From Candidatus Moraniibacteriota bacterium (GTDB lineage: Bacteria > Patescibacteriota > Minisyncoccia > Moranbacterales > UBA1568): DNA of 64,000 nt. Shown here one piece after another: positions 17,832-28,419 of this stretch; within the stretch, counting starts at the first letter, position 1; each line of letters starts with the position of its first letter. A program made the translations under genes and the position numbers. The notes under the pieces were generated by a model. That model searched no databases. It had not been told where the DNA came from and saw nothing but the letters and a program-made list of their open reading frames with translations. The DNA lies in the NCBI GenBank assembly GCA_016699975.1, contig CP064994.1:129222-193221 (forward strand), given 5' to 3'.

Positions 17832-17912
17832 CACGAATTTTTGCAGGAGTTTTTCAACAAAGGTGATGCTCAAGAGGAAACTCTTGAGCTACTTTTTTTA
17901 TTGCTGTTCTTG

Positions 17913-18536
17913 TCAAAAGTGGGATGGAGAGCTGGTACCCCCTCCCTCCTCTTTTCTCAGGAGTTCAAGAAGCTTTGGGATCCGACGAAAATCTCTGAGT
18001 AAGGTTTCGCGCATACTGCCATTATAGAGAGCTGCAGCAGGATGGTAGAGTGCGAAAAAAACGAAGGTTCCGAGCTCGGGAACCGTTCGTCGGAACGCTC
18101 TTCCGTGTTCTACTGATATGCGTTTTCCTGGCACGAATCGTTCGAGAGCGTGTTTCCCCAGGAGAATAATGAGTCGAGGATCAATCACTTCGAGCTGCGC
18201 TCGAAGCCATGGCCAACAAGCGGCCACTTCGTCCGGAAGAGGATCGCGGTTATTGGGGGGTCGATACTTCACGACATTCGTGATATAAATGTCGTTTCGA
18301 CTCATCTGGATAGACTCAAGCATTTCGTTTAAAAATTTTCCGGCAGCTCCCACAAAAGGCTCCCCTGTTTCGTCCTCTTTTTTCCCAGGAGCTTCCCCGA
18401 TGAAGACGATGGATGCTGAAGCATTTCCAACTCCTGGAACCACATTCGTTGCAGTTTTTCGAAGTTCGCACTCGCATGATTCTGCCATATGTCGATTTAC
18501 TTCCGCGAGCGCACGCTCCTTTTCATGTGAATTCAT
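17913..18536 (-). CDS. Uracil-DNA glycosylase, family 4-like
   Basis: GVGNASASIVFIGEAPGKKEDETGEPFVGAAGKFL…HPAAALY. Confidence 0.8.
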   Translation of the reverse strand: MNSHEKERALAEVNRHMAESCECELRKTATNVVPGVGNASASIVFIGEAPGKKEDETGEPFVGAAGKFLNEMLESIQMSRNDIYITNVVKYRPPNNRDPLPDEVAACWPWLRAQLEVIDPRLIILLGKHALERFVPGKRISVEHGRAFRRTVPELGTFVFFALYHPAAALYNGSMRETLLRDFRRIPKLLELLRKEEGGGTSSPSHF

Positions 18537-18590
18537 AGAAAATGGTGGATAAGATGTGGAAAATCTTCCATGCCTGCAGCCTTTTTCCTT

Positions 18591-19549
18591 TCAAATGACA
18601 ATCCATCCTTGATTTGATCGAGCAAGTTTTCCGGGGATTTCGAATCCGCTTGCAAGGCGATGTCCCCCTCCTCCGAATCGGTGCGCAATGACGGAAACAT
18701 CGGTATTATGTCGTTCCATAGATCGAAGGCTTCCTCTCACGGTTTTTTCGTCTCTCTCCGAAAGAACGAGGGCGAACTTTGCTTCCGGAACTGTACTCAG
18801 TATCGAAGTGACATTGTTATATCTTCTACGGAAGCAGCGCACTCCTCGATATCGGTTCGAGTGACTGCAGTAAGAAGCATGCCGGTTTTTTCGTAAAATA
18901 CAGACTGCTCAAATGCTTTGCCCCACAGGCGAAGCGCGGAAACGCTTTTATTGGTAAAGATGGTGTTGACTATTTTTCCTAAAGGGGCACCTTTCTTCAT
19001 GAGGGCGCCAGCAATTTCCATGACACGTGGTGTGGTGCAGGCATGTTGCAGGTTCCCGGTGTCGAAAATAATTCCTGCCAAGAGTCGCGTCGCCAACGCC
19101 TTTGAAATGGGAATATGAGAAAACTCAAAGAATCGATACAAGAGCTCGCACGTGGATGATGCCTGTGTATCTATGATTTTGACGTCAGCGGAACTCTCAA
19201 TATCAGGATGATGATCAATGACGACAGTCGCTTGTCCCGGCTTAATAATCGGAGAAATACGGTCAAATCCTCGGTCGACGGAATCGCAAGCGATAACTGC
19301 ATCAACCCCGGCAATATCCAGCTGACTCGGGTGCAGAAATTCCCCAGGAAGAATAGTGTTGAGGTAAGGCGGAAACGGGTCGAAACAGGCGATTGAAACC
19401 CTCTTTTTTTTGTTTTCCAAAAAAATTGCAAGCGCGAGTGTCGCCCCAATCGTATCGACGTCAGGTCGAGTGTGAGCAAAGAGAAGAACTGAGGAAGATT
19501 GTTCGAGGATGTAGGAAAGCGTCTGGAATTCTGAAGCAAACGATCTCAT
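18591..19549 (-). CDS. DHH/DHHA1 phosphoesterase (NrnA-like), split by an apparent frameshift
   Basis: ORF 18797..19549 carries DHH motifs (…VIDHHPD…). ORF 18591..18842 carries the DHHA1 GGGH motif (FGGGGHRLASGF). The frames differ near 18810-18840. Confidence 0.75.
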
Positions 19550-19905
19550 ATCTCGTCAACAGAAGTCTCTTTTTTTATCGTAAGGAGAGCGCTTTCCACA
19601 TCCTGCGCCGCAATTGAAGTTGTATCTTCCAAAAAGAGGATACGAGGGATAGGACGCATTCGAAGTCGCCTATTGAGCTCTCCTTGCAGAGTATACATCT
19701 CGCGCTTGAGAGCAGTAAGCGCATAGTGAGTTTCTTCTTCGGGAAAAGTACTGATCCCTATTCGTGCCGTTTTCAGGTCCGGTGTTGTAGAAACTTTTGT
19801 AATGGTAACAAGCACTCCTGACTTGAGATGAGTTTGAGAGGAGAGTATGTTTCCGAGCTCTTCTCGAATATGTTCATTTACTTTTTGGATTCGCAGTGAG
19901 GTCAT
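19546..19905 (-). CDS. rbfA: Ribosome-binding factor A
   Basis: 119 aa; KVNEHIREELGNIL…VLVTITKVSTTPDLKTARIGIS. Confidence 0.8.
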   Translation of the reverse strand: MTSLRIQKVNEHIREELGNILSSQTHLKSGVLVTITKVSTTPDLKTARIGISTFPEEETHYALTALKREMYTLQGELNRRLRMRPIPRILFLEDTTSIAAQDVESALLTIKKETSVDEI

Positions 19906-20157
19906 AGTATAGAAGGAATGCTTTCAAAGGGTGCTCTTTCAAGGAAATTGAATGATAGCAACCCCTTTCTTTTTGAGCAAGGACATCTAGTATGGCTCAA
20001 TCTCTTCCTCAAGAACTTCTTTTTATTTATAAGAACTCTATCCGACTCAAAAATTATAGAGTTTCCCACTCTACAATGACTTCTCACAAGCAAGAAGGAT
20101 ATCGCATGAGTTTTTAAAATACCATCCTATTGATTGATGCAAGTATTTTTCTACTTG

Positions 20158-20229
20158 TGCCCCCAGTATGAATCGAACATACATCGCTCCCTTAGGACGG
20201 GACCGTTCTATCCGTTGAACTATAGGGGC
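20158..20229 (-). tRNA. tRNA-Arg(CCT), tentative
   Basis: Acceptor GCCCCTA/TGGGGGC, D GTTC/GAAC, anticodon loop GTCCTAA with a 27:43 mismatch, T-arm GTATGTTCGATTCATAC. Confidence 0.6.
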
Positions 20230-20430
20230 GAAACTGTGTGTAATGGAGAGCTGTGCTCATTGTATAAAAAAATTCAGCTGCATTTCTACCAGAATCCCGA
20301 CTGAATTCGAGTACATCGCTCGTGGAGTGGACTGGGACTTATTCTTAGGCTCCCGATGGTATGCAAACTTTTGTTCTGATCCCTATTCTCATTGGGGAGC
20401 AGATTTTTCAACTCCCTGAATGAATTTTAG

Positions 20431-20503
20431 TGGACCGTAGGAGACTCGAACTCCTCACCTCCTCCATGCCATGGAGGCGCTCTACCAGATGAGCTAACGG
20501 CCC
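20431..20503 (-). tRNA. tRNA-Ala(GGC)
   Basis: GGGCCGTTAGCTCATCTGGTAGAGCGCCTCCATGGCATGGAGG…GAGTTCGAGTCTCCTACGGTCCA, with G3:U70. Confidence 0.85.
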
Positions 20504-20653
20504 AATTTTCATCTTATCCACTTCTTCTCCACAAATTTTTGCGGACCTTGTTCTCAATTATTTTGAAATCAATTGAGCTAAAAAGTGATTTTAGGTATCG
20601 TGCGCTATAATAACATGTCTTTTACCCGAGTCAAACAGAATATAATTCAATTG

Positions 20654-20667
20654 TTCCACAAGGAACA
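20654..20667. promoter_or_regulatory. Palindrome copy 1, GTTCCACAAGGAAC, with a half-site at 20679-20686
   Basis: Read directly from the sequence. Confidence 0.6.
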
Positions 20668-20977
20668 TATTTTAATATGTTCCTTGAATAATATTTCATA
20701 TTTATCTTTTACACATGTATGACTTTTATTTTACATAAAAAAGATGAGTAAATTTTTTATATCTTAGAACTTTTTAGTATCTCTTTTATCTTTTTATCTA
20801 TAGTGCTAACTTTTTATTTACAGAAAAATTTTAGATGTTTTTATTATTAATAAATAATCTATCGAGATGTTCTTCGTGAAACAAAAAATAAAAAATTAGT
20901 GAGCTTTCTAATAATCTAAGTTGACTAATACGATCGTCACGAGTTGCTTATTTTATTATTTGAGATTCTGAGGCATT

Positions 20978-20991
20978 GTTCCTTGTGGAAT
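20978..20991. promoter_or_regulatory. Palindrome copy 2, GTTCCTTGTGGAAT (reverse complement ATTCCACAAGGAAC)
   Basis: Read directly from the sequence. Confidence 0.6.
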
Positions 20992-21266
20992 ACCTGTTTA
21001 TAACTGTGAAAATATACTTACTAGATATAGATACTGAGAAAATCAATAATTGAGAATCCGAAAAATTAATTAATAGATGTCACTTACCAATGAGAGAAGC
21101 TTTGCTTTAAACTACAAAAGAAAAATACTTTGCTAAATTTGATTTAAAATACTCCAGAATTAGAATTGTTATTAGTAGTATGCGACAGTAAATTTTTACA
21201 CTTTTTCAATATATTCAATATATATTGTATCTCTAATATTTTATATACTATTTTTTATACACATTA

Positions 21267-21280
21267 GTTCCACATGAAAC
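21267..21280. promoter_or_regulatory. Palindrome copy 3, GTTCCACATGAAAC
   Basis: Read directly from the sequence. Confidence 0.6.
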
Positions 21281-21531
21281 TATTTTGAATATATAAATAA
21301 TATACATTACTGTTTAAATATCAATTTATATTTTATATTATTTTCTGTTATTTTAATGCAATTTGTCTCTCTTGATTTAAAATATACTCAAAGAATGAAA
21401 TCATAATTTAATTTGATAAATCTACATGATACTATAGTTTTCTAAATATTATTCAAAAAAATTGATTAGTATTATTCTTCATTTGCTAGAATAGAAGCTG
21501 TAACTTCATTTAGACGTGACCATATTTTAGT

Positions 21532-21545
21532 GTTCCACAAAGAAC
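21532..21545. promoter_or_regulatory. Palindrome copy 4, GTTCCACAAAGAAC
   Basis: Read directly from the sequence. Confidence 0.6.
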
Positions 21546-21632
21546 AGGTAAATTTTCAGAAAATTCTTACAAAATAAGAGTATTGAAAATTCGATCAGTA
21601 TGTATAAATTTTTAAAAGTGAGATTAACAAAT

Positions 21633-21646
21633 GTTTCATGTGGAAT
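21633..21646. promoter_or_regulatory. Palindrome copy 5, GTTTCATGTGGAAT
   Basis: Read directly from the sequence. Confidence 0.6.
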
Positions 21647-21852
21647 ATTATAATCCGTGTAGCTTCCTTCCATAGTAGAAATATGGAGGTAAAATTATAG
21701 AATCAAAATTTCCTTTTCGTAAAGGTTTTCTTGATTGGCTCCAAGCAGAGGGAAAATGAAAAAATTCTTAATTTTTGAAATTTTTTTATAAATTAAAAAT
21801 AAAGTATTTGAATAAGTCTTTTTTAATTAAAAACAAAATATATGTATTTAAT

Positions 21853-21866
21853 GTTTCACGTGGAAC
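21853..21866. promoter_or_regulatory. Palindrome copy 6, GTTTCACGTGGAAC
   Basis: Read directly from the sequence. Confidence 0.6.
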
Positions 21867-22730
21867 TTTTAAAAGAATAAGTTATTAATTATTAATGTCT
21901 TTTCTTATCGACCATAACTTTTTACACTTGTTTCCGACAAAAGTAGATTGATGAAAAGAGCTAAATCGCTTAAAAACATAAAAAAATATGAGGTGGTAGA
22001 GAATGATTTACAAGCCCATGGATAAAAAACACCAAATCATGAATGTCGAAACGGAAATTGCCAGGGAAACATGCTATGCGTTTCAGGTCATTTCGAAATG
22101 ATGGGTGGTGGAGTGGGATTTTTTGTGTTCTAAAAATTGTCGAAGATTCCAGAAAAAGTGTAAATAAACGCTTTTTATCGGGGACAATTTTGGGGTGACT
22201 GAGGAAGTGGACAGGCTTTTTATGTTCGGAGAACGGTTCCTTTTTTTAAAAGTTGCAAATGTACCTGAGAGTGAAGATTGCCGGTGAATTTCTTAGCTTT
22301 TGTGAGGATTTATTCTGAAGGTGAATGGTGAAAAGAAATTGAAAATGACCGCTGGGAGCTATAGAGCGTATAGGAGGAAATGTTTTTTCTTTCACTCGAA
22401 AGTATTTTTCCAACACTTAGTCTCGATTCTTTCTATCATCCACATAAATACAGTGTATTGATGGGGCAATCTTGTTGGAAAAAGACAAAAAGAGTGAATT
22501 GTAATGAGGATGTATGGTTTTCTTTGAGGGTATGTCGCACATTTCACATCGTACTTATATTCCAGGGAACACAGGCGAATCTTTTCATTTTTATTTCCAG
22601 GGCTCTTTTGTTGAGAAGGAGAAAGAAAGAGGGGCGGCGGAAGGTGATTTTTCATGAAAAGAAAAGTGAAAGAGCAAAATGCGGCGAGGCTCTCTTCTTA
22701 TAGATATTCTTTTCTTTCGTAAAAGCATTC

Positions 22731-22773
22731 CTCTTTCTCTTTCTCTTTCTCTTTCTCTTTCTCATTGCTGTTT
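22731..22773. repeat. Hexanucleotide microsatellite (CTCTTT)x7
   Basis: Direct read of the repeat. It produces the SLSLSL low-complexity stretch in ORF 22679..22975. Confidence 0.9.
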
Positions 22774-23131
22774 TTCCTTCAAGAGTTCAGGGTATTTTGA
22801 TGTATGTGTGACTATATCACTGAGACAAATCTCGAGACCTGAGAAACACACCGCCAGCCTCGTTTTCACTTTTGAAGTGGGAGAAAGAAGTGGTATGAGT
22901 TTTTCAAGAGAAGACCTAGGGCATCTTTCAATGGACCTCTTTAGAGCTCTTTCCTTCTCTCAGGCTATTTTCTAGAAAAATAACCTTATGCATTTTCATG
23001 CGAATCAAAGAATTCTTATAAAAGAGAGTGTCTTCATAGAAAAATTCTCTTCTGAAAACCCTTAAAAATTTTCTTGCCAAAAAAATATGGTATACTGCAG
23101 GCGCAGTTTTGGAATTTGAACGTTTTTTTCT

Positions 23132-24234
23132 ATGAAGGATTTTTTTTCCTACATGATACCGAGAAGTGTCCTGCGTGTGCCGGCTCTCACTTTTCTCTCG
23201 CTTGTAATTCTCGGTTTCTCGTTTTTTTCTGTTGCTTCAGAAAATGGTTCAGGCAAAAGTATTTTTGAAGATGTCGACCAAGATGGTTTGACCCTCGAGG
23301 AGGAAACTCTTTATGCCACCGATCCTCGGAAAATGGATACCGATGGAGACGGGTACAGTGATGGAGCTGAAATACGAAGTGGATATAATCCGTTGAAGCC
23401 CGCTCCGGGAGATAGAATTCTTGCGGAGCAAACAGGGGAGAGCTCGAGAAAAAAGGTGAGGCACAGGCACCTCAAAGTGTTGCAAAAACTCTGACTTCTT
23501 CTCCGAACACGGGTATCGACGAACTTTCTCAAACAGTACTTTCAAATGCGGGGGGTGTGGAGAATGAGAACCTAACTCAGCAAGTATCAGAGCAGATTGC
23601 CGATATATTGAAAAGTTCTTCAGGAAAAGATGAGAAGGGAGACTTTTCGTTTGAAGAAATGCAATCGAAGCTTCAATCACTTCTTGATGGACAGCAAGCT
23701 GGAGGGCCAGTGACTCTTCCTGACATACCAGAGGAAAGTATTCGGATAAAAGAACAATCCTATGAAAATCTTTCGGAGGAAGAGCGTAATGCCAAATTAA
23801 AGCAGGATTCTCTCGAGTATGTGACAAAAGTCGCTTATATTCTTACGAGTAGTGCGCCCGATCTCTTTTCTTCTCAGGAAGATATAAATAAGATCTCAGA
23901 GAGCATGATTGAAAGCATTACGAACTCTTTTGAAAGTGGGAGCATGGAATATATTGACACTCTTTCTAAAAGAGGGGATCAGGCGATCAAGGAATTGGAA
24001 GTTGTAGAAGTTCCCAGAAATATGTTGAGTGCACATAAAAAAGCTCTGCAACTTTTTCAATATGCGAAAAGATTACGCACAGAATTAAAATCTCCTAACG
24101 AAGATCCTCTGGCGGCACTTGTTTCACTCTCTAAGGTGCAGTCTTTTCTTTCTACGATCTCAGGTTTTGTAAATGAAGTTGATCAAAACTTGAAGAGCAT
24201 CGGCATAGAAGAAATTCCCGATCTCTTGCAGTAA
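23132..24234 (+). CDS. Secreted hypothetical protein with a calcium-binding TSP3-like motif. Probably one gene joined across an A-run frameshift; otherwise two ORFs, 23132..23494 and 23557..24234.
   Basis: Signal peptide MKDFFSYMIPRSVLRVPALTFLSLVILGFSFFSVASE; DTDGDGYSDGAE motif. The downstream frame is open from about 23450 (…GEAQAPQSVAKTL…VENENLTQQ) and the frames meet at GAGAAAAAAGGTG. Confidence 0.4.
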
Positions 24235-24277
24235 TCGAGAAATTTTCAAATCCGGTTATGACAAATCAGGGAAGAAG

Positions 24278-25483
24278 TTGAATACCAATCGTCTCGAATC
24301 CTTGTTTGGAATTTTGAGTTTCGTGTTCCTGTGCTGCTATTTCTCAAGCATTTATATACTTCGTGTGAAGAAAAAACAAAAAAAAGTGAGCATCGGCATC
24401 AAGATTCTTGTTGTCTCTTGTTCTTTTTTTGCAAACTTTTGGTTTGCTGCAAATGCCCGAGCCGGATACTGGGGTGAGCCGACCGCTGCCAGTATGATGC
24501 TTTTTAATTTGCAACAAATAGCCGAAAATATTAAAGGCGTTACATTAAGTATTGCGAAAAACGCAGCTATCCAAGCCATAAATCAACAGGTGTTGGGAAT
24601 GGTGAACGGTACCTGGGGACAGGGATCACTCATTATTGAAGATTGGCGAGGGTTTATCTATACGCAGTCCTCTCAAAAAGCACAGGATGTCGTACTGAAC
24701 AGTTTTTTCCCGGCCATGTTTGGAGGGAAAGGATCTGGGGGAAATTATATAGCTGCATCGGAAGGGGTTCTTTTGGCGCAAGGCGTTTCGAACTCCATTA
24801 ATACGATAAAAAACTATCCAGAATATCTCTCCACAATTGGAAAAAATACTCTGCAAGGTCTTGCTGTGAATACCACTCCTCGGTATACTCTCGATCAACA
24901 ATGTCCGGATCCCCAAGCGGGTCTTGCACGAGGCGACTATCGTTGTTTCTCTTCCATAATGGAGATACAGAATAATCCTCGAGGCATCCCGATTCTTACT
25001 GAGCAGAAGTATCTTGCAGAAAAAATGATGAATGAGCGTATTGCCGCGACTCAAGCGGGAATTACAGGATACAAGCCTCAAACAAATGCCCAAGGATTGG
25101 TGGTTACCCCTCCTGAAACAGTGGCGAACGTTATTGCAAGTACACTTGCTCTCCCTGGACAAGCGCTCGCTGCTGCCCAACATCCTACAGAACTCCTTAC
25201 AGGATTAATTCAGATGTATGTCAATTCACTCGTGCAGAAGACATTGAGCAAAGTTGGGCTTGGATCGACCACAGCGTCCTCTTATCAGAATCTTAATATG
25301 CAGATGAACCAAAATGGACAAATGCTAATGCAAAATAATGTGGGGGCGCTCTTTAACAACGGAAATGCTTCTGGCGTAGGAACAAATATTATTGGCCCCA
25401 TGAATCTTGGAAACTTTGGAACCAGTTCCACTCCAAATCTTGATAACTCAAATTCAGGACCCAATTGGCGGTATTTGAATTAA
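24278..25483 (+). CDS. Hypothetical secreted or membrane protein with a Q/N/G-rich C-terminus
   Basis: 401-aa ORF with an N-terminal hydrophobic segment and no recognisable catalytic motifs. Confidence 0.45.
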   Translation: MNTNRLESLFGILSFVFLCCYFSSIYILRVKKKQKKVSIGIKILVVSCSFFANFWFAANARAGYWGEPTAASMMLFNLQQIAENIKGVTLSIAKNAAIQAINQQVLGMVNGTWGQGSLIIEDWRGFIYTQSSQKAQDVVLNSFFPAMFGGKGSGGNYIAASEGVLLAQGVSNSINTIKNYPEYLSTIGKNTLQGLAVNTTPRYTLDQQCPDPQAGLARGDYRCFSSIMEIQNNPRGIPILTEQKYLAEKMMNERIAATQAGITGYKPQTNAQGLVVTPPETVANVIASTLALPGQALAAAQHPTELLTGLIQMYVNSLVQKTLSKVGLGSTTASSYQNLNMQMNQNGQMLMQNNVGALFNNGNASGVGTNIIGPMNLGNFGTSSTPNLDNSNSGPNWRYLN

Positions 25484-25504
25484 TTTTCGAGAAGATCTCT
25501 TTCA

Positions 25505-25542
25505 GAAATCAAAAACTCCCGCGAAAGGGAGTTTTTGATTTC
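25505..25542. terminator. Strong hairpin terminator with a perfect 16-bp stem, possibly bidirectional
   Basis: GAAATCAAAAACTCCC-GCGAAA-GGGAGTTTTTGATTTC. Confidence 0.7.
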
Positions 25543-25566
25543 TCTAGCTGAGAGTTTTATGGGTGG

Positions 25567-25640
25567 TGGGTCTGTCCAGACTCGAACTGGAGGCCTCTAC
25601 AATGTCAATGTAGCGCTCTAACCAACTGAGCTACAGACCC
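25567..25640 (-). tRNA. tRNA-Val(GAC), with CCA encoded if extended to 25564
   Basis: GGGTCTGTAGCTCAGTTGGTTAGAGCGCTACATTGACATTGTAGAGGCCTCCAGTTCGAGTCTGGACAGACCCA-CCA. Confidence 0.9.
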
Positions 25641-25741
25641 ATTCTATCGCCTCATCTTTCTTCTGAGAAATCTTTTCTTTTCTACTTAAGATACTGAAAA
25701 GCCTAAAACCGCCACGCAGTATTTCTCCCTCTCTGCTTTAT

Positions 25742-26605
25742 CTATATCTTGTCGAGCTCGGCCACCTGTTTTTGTTGTACCATAGCTTCTTCCGTTCTCG
25801 CAACCGCCTCCGGATCTTTGGGAAGTGCGATCATGCGAAAAAAGAGTGTCCAAGAAATGAGACTCCATGCTTCAAACAGTGAAAAGGCGGGGAAGCTAAT
25901 GTACCACAGAAGGGTGTCCGGCAGCATTGATGTACTGAGGAAGAGAACACTATTGATGAAGAGGAGTATTCCGACAAAAAGAACGGTGGCGCGGAGGCGT
26001 GCACGAAACAGCCGAACGGCTGCTTCTAGGGAAGCGCGTAATGAAAGGGAAGAAAGAGTAATATAGAGAGTCGCGTACTGCCTGAGAGCGTGAAACAAGA
26101 AGGCAAGAGAAATGAAAATCCCAAAAGCGGAAAGAAAAAGTCCGCGAGAAAGAGAAGAAATTCCTTGTGTTTGTGCGAGTATTCCTGGAAGAGTAAGCAC
26201 TAAACCAATCCCTAGTAACAAAAAACCAATAACAACCTCCAGGCGAAAAAGCGTCCAGACTCGAAGAGTCGTTTTCTTTGATATGAGCGTTTGGATCAAA
26301 GAAAAAGTATTTGATGGCGTCTCTTTTTCGCCATGGTGTGTCATAAGGATCACCAAGACGGTTCCCAAGAGGCTCGCTATAAAAGAAAAGAGAGCGACGC
26401 CAAGAAAGATGATGAGTGTGGTAACGGGAATGTTCGAGAAGGATTCTTGCGAAAGATTTTCTTCGAACGGAAAATATTCAAGAAAGAGAGATCCTGTCGC
26501 CTGAGGAGTAATTATCAGGAGACCAAGCACGAAAAAAGCAGGACGAGAGAGAAGTATTTTCGTCGCTTTTTTGAGAAGCGTGAAGATATCGGCAATGGAA
26601 TTCAT
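25742..26605 (-). CDS. Polytopic membrane protein, hypothetical
   Basis: Multiple hydrophobic helices with no recognisable motifs. Confidence 0.45.
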   Translation of the reverse strand: MNSIADIFTLLKKATKILLSRPAFFVLGLLIITPQATGSLFLEYFPFEENLSQESFSNIPVTTLIIFLGVALFSFIASLLGTVLVILMTHHGEKETPSNTFSLIQTLISKKTTLRVWTLFRLEVVIGFLLLGIGLVLTLPGILAQTQGISSLSRGLFLSAFGIFISLAFLFHALRQYATLYITLSSLSLRASLEAAVRLFRARLRATVLFVGILLFINSVLFLSTSMLPDTLLWYISFPAFSLFEAWSLISWTLFFRMIALPKDPEAVARTEEAMVQQKQVAELDKI

Positions 26606-28419
26606 GCGATCGAAAGAAGGGAATTGAATTCGTCTTTCTCAATGGTCTCTTTTTCGAGAAGCGTTTCGGCGATTTTGTTGAGGGTAGCTCGCTTTTCCTG
26701 AAGAATTTCAGTCGCATGACGGAATGCTTCTTCAACCAGGCGAGAAACTTCAGCATCTATCGCTTCGGCAGTTTTTTCAGAATAGTTTCGTTCTTCATGC
26801 ATTTCTCGTCCGAGGAACACAAGTTCTTGTTTCTTGCCAAAGGTTCGCGGCCCCAAAGCGCTCATGCCATATCGGGTCACGATGCTTCGCGCCATTTGTG
26901 TGGCACGTTCAAGGTCGCTCGAAGGGCCGGTTGTTACATCACCGAAGACGAGCTTTTCGCTTGCATAGCCACCAAGGAAAGTGGCAAGTTCATCTTTAAA
27001 ATGATTGAAAGATTGGAGTGTTTTGTCTTCTGTTGGAACGGCGAGTGTGTAGCCACCGGCATGACCTCGGGAAATAATCGAAACTTTTTGTACCGGATCA
27101 GCGTGTGGAAGACTCGCAGCAACGAGGGCATGACCTCCTTCGTGGTAGGCGATGATCTCTTTTTCTTTCGGGTTTATGGCGCGGCTTCTTCGTTCCGGCC
27201 CAAGAATCACTTTCTCAATGGACTCGGTCAATTCTTTCATGCCGATTTGTTGCTTGTTGCGTCGTGCCGAGAGAATAGCTGCCTCGTTCACGAGATTTGA
27301 AAGGTCCGCTCCCGAAAAGCCAGGAGTGCGCTCTGCGATCGTTCGCAAATGGACCGCTTCTTCAAGAGGTTTATTCTTTACGTGAATGTTGAGAATTGCT
27401 TCGCGCTCGTTGATATCCGGAAGATCCATCATAACACGACGATCGAACCGTCCGGGGCGTAAGAGTGCCGGGTCAAGTACGTCGGGGCGATTGGTAGAGG
27501 CAATAACGATCACGTTCGTATCAGTTTCGAAGCCGTCCATTTCGACGAGAATTTGGTTCAATGTTTGCTCTCTTTCGTCGTGACCGCCCCCTAAACCCGC
27601 ACCACGATGCCGCCCGACGGCATCAATTTCGTCGATAAAGACGATTGCGGGAGCATTCTTTTTCGCTTGTTTGAAGAGGTCTCGAACGCGACTTGCGCCG
27701 ACGCCAACGAACATCTCCACAAATTCCGATCCACTAATATTAAAAAAAGGTACCTTTGCTTCGCCTGCGACCGCTTTCGCCATCAAGGTCTTCCCAGTGC
27801 CCGGAGAGCCCAAGAGAAGTACCCCTTTGGGGATACGTGCGCCAATTGCGAGAAATTTCTTCGGGTGTTTCAGAAATTCAACGACTTCTTGGAGTTCGTT
27901 CTTTGCTTCCACAGCTCCCGCCACGTCAGCAAAGGTAATGCGTTTTTTCTTATCCTTCGGATCAAGCATGCGTGCACGACTCATGCCAAACGAAAGCGCT
28001 TGGGCATTTCCGCGCTGAGCTTGGCGCATCATAAGCCAGACGAGCCCTCCAATAAGAAGAAAGGGAAGGAGAAAAGGGAGAATATTTCCGGCCCAGAGAG
28101 CCAATCCCGAAGGCTCTTTGATTGTGGTCTTTACTTCTTTCAGTCGATCAGCGTTCACGCCGTAATTTCCCAGAGTTTCGGTGAGCGATCCCTCGGTTTC
28201 TTTGGTTGCTTTTTGTTGATCGCCGTTTTTGAGGGTAATGGCGAGGCTGTTTCCGCTTACCTCTATGGAAGAGACTTTTGCTTCGTTTATTTCCGAGACG
28301 AGCTCATTGAGAGAAATGGAAGCAGGGCGTCCTTTTGGGGATTGGTAGAGAATGAGGATGCCGGAAACGAGAAAAAAGAGGAGAACAATGGCGCTAATAT
28401 TCTTGAGGAGTTTGTTCAT
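26602..28419 (-). CDS. ftsH: ATP-dependent zinc metalloprotease FtsH
   Basis: N-terminal TM segment, AAA Walker [12 protein letters not shown] region, and the HEGGHALV zinc-binding motif. Confidence 0.95.
   Translation of the reverse strand: MNKLLKNISAIVLLFFLVSGILILYQSPKGRPASISLNELVSEINEAKVSSIEVSGNSLAITLKNGDQQKATKETEGSLTETLGNYGVNADRLKEVKTTIKEPSGLALWAGNILPFLLPFLLIGGLVWLMMRQAQRGNAQALSFGMSRARMLDPKDKKKRITFADVAGAVEAKNELQEVVEFLKHPKKFLAIGARIPKGVLLLGSPGTGKTLMAKAVAGEAKVPFFNISGSEFVEMFVGVGASRVRDLFKQAKKNAPAIVFIDEIDAVGRHRGAGLGGGHDEREQTLNQILVEMDGFETDTNVIVIASTNRPDVLDPALLRPGRFDRRVMMDLPDINEREAILNIHVKNKPLEEAVHLRTIAERTPGFSGADLSNLVNEAAILSARRNKQQIGMKELTESIEKVILGPERRSRAINPKEKEIIAYHEGGHALVAASLPHADPVQKVSIISRGHAGGYTLAVPTEDKTLQSFNHFKDELATFLGGYASEKLVFGDVTTGPSSDLERATQMARSIVTRYGMSALGPRTFGKKQELVFLGREMHEERNYSEKTAEAIDAEVSRLVEEAFRHATEILQEKRATLNKIAETLLEKETIEKDEFNSLLSIA

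Larger units (their letters stand above)
20520..22380. other. AT-rich region of about 1.8 kb with no ORFs, GC visibly far below the flanks
   Basis: No ORF of 60 aa or more on any frame, in sharp compositional contrast with the neighbouring genes. Contains the palindrome array listed separately. Confidence 0.8.

Noticed and set aside
20520-22380. Possibility that the AT-rich gene-less region is a CRISPR array or an rRNA/ncRNA gene
   Set aside because: It has no regularly spaced direct repeats of constant length, no rRNA-like conserved stretches, and no tmRNA or RNase P signature sequences. The only repeats are the dispersed 14-bp palindromes.
22380-22975. ORFs 22380..22703 and 22679..22975 as genes
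   Set aside because: Their low-complexity translations (SLSLSLSLS) are driven by the CTCTTT microsatellite, with no signal peptide or start context. More likely non-coding leader sequence.
26716-27300. Plus-strand ORFs inside ftsH, and similar ones inside rpsA (31247..31993) and infB (46531..47115, 46601..47359)
   Set aside because: These are antisense shadow ORFs within long, confidently identified genes.
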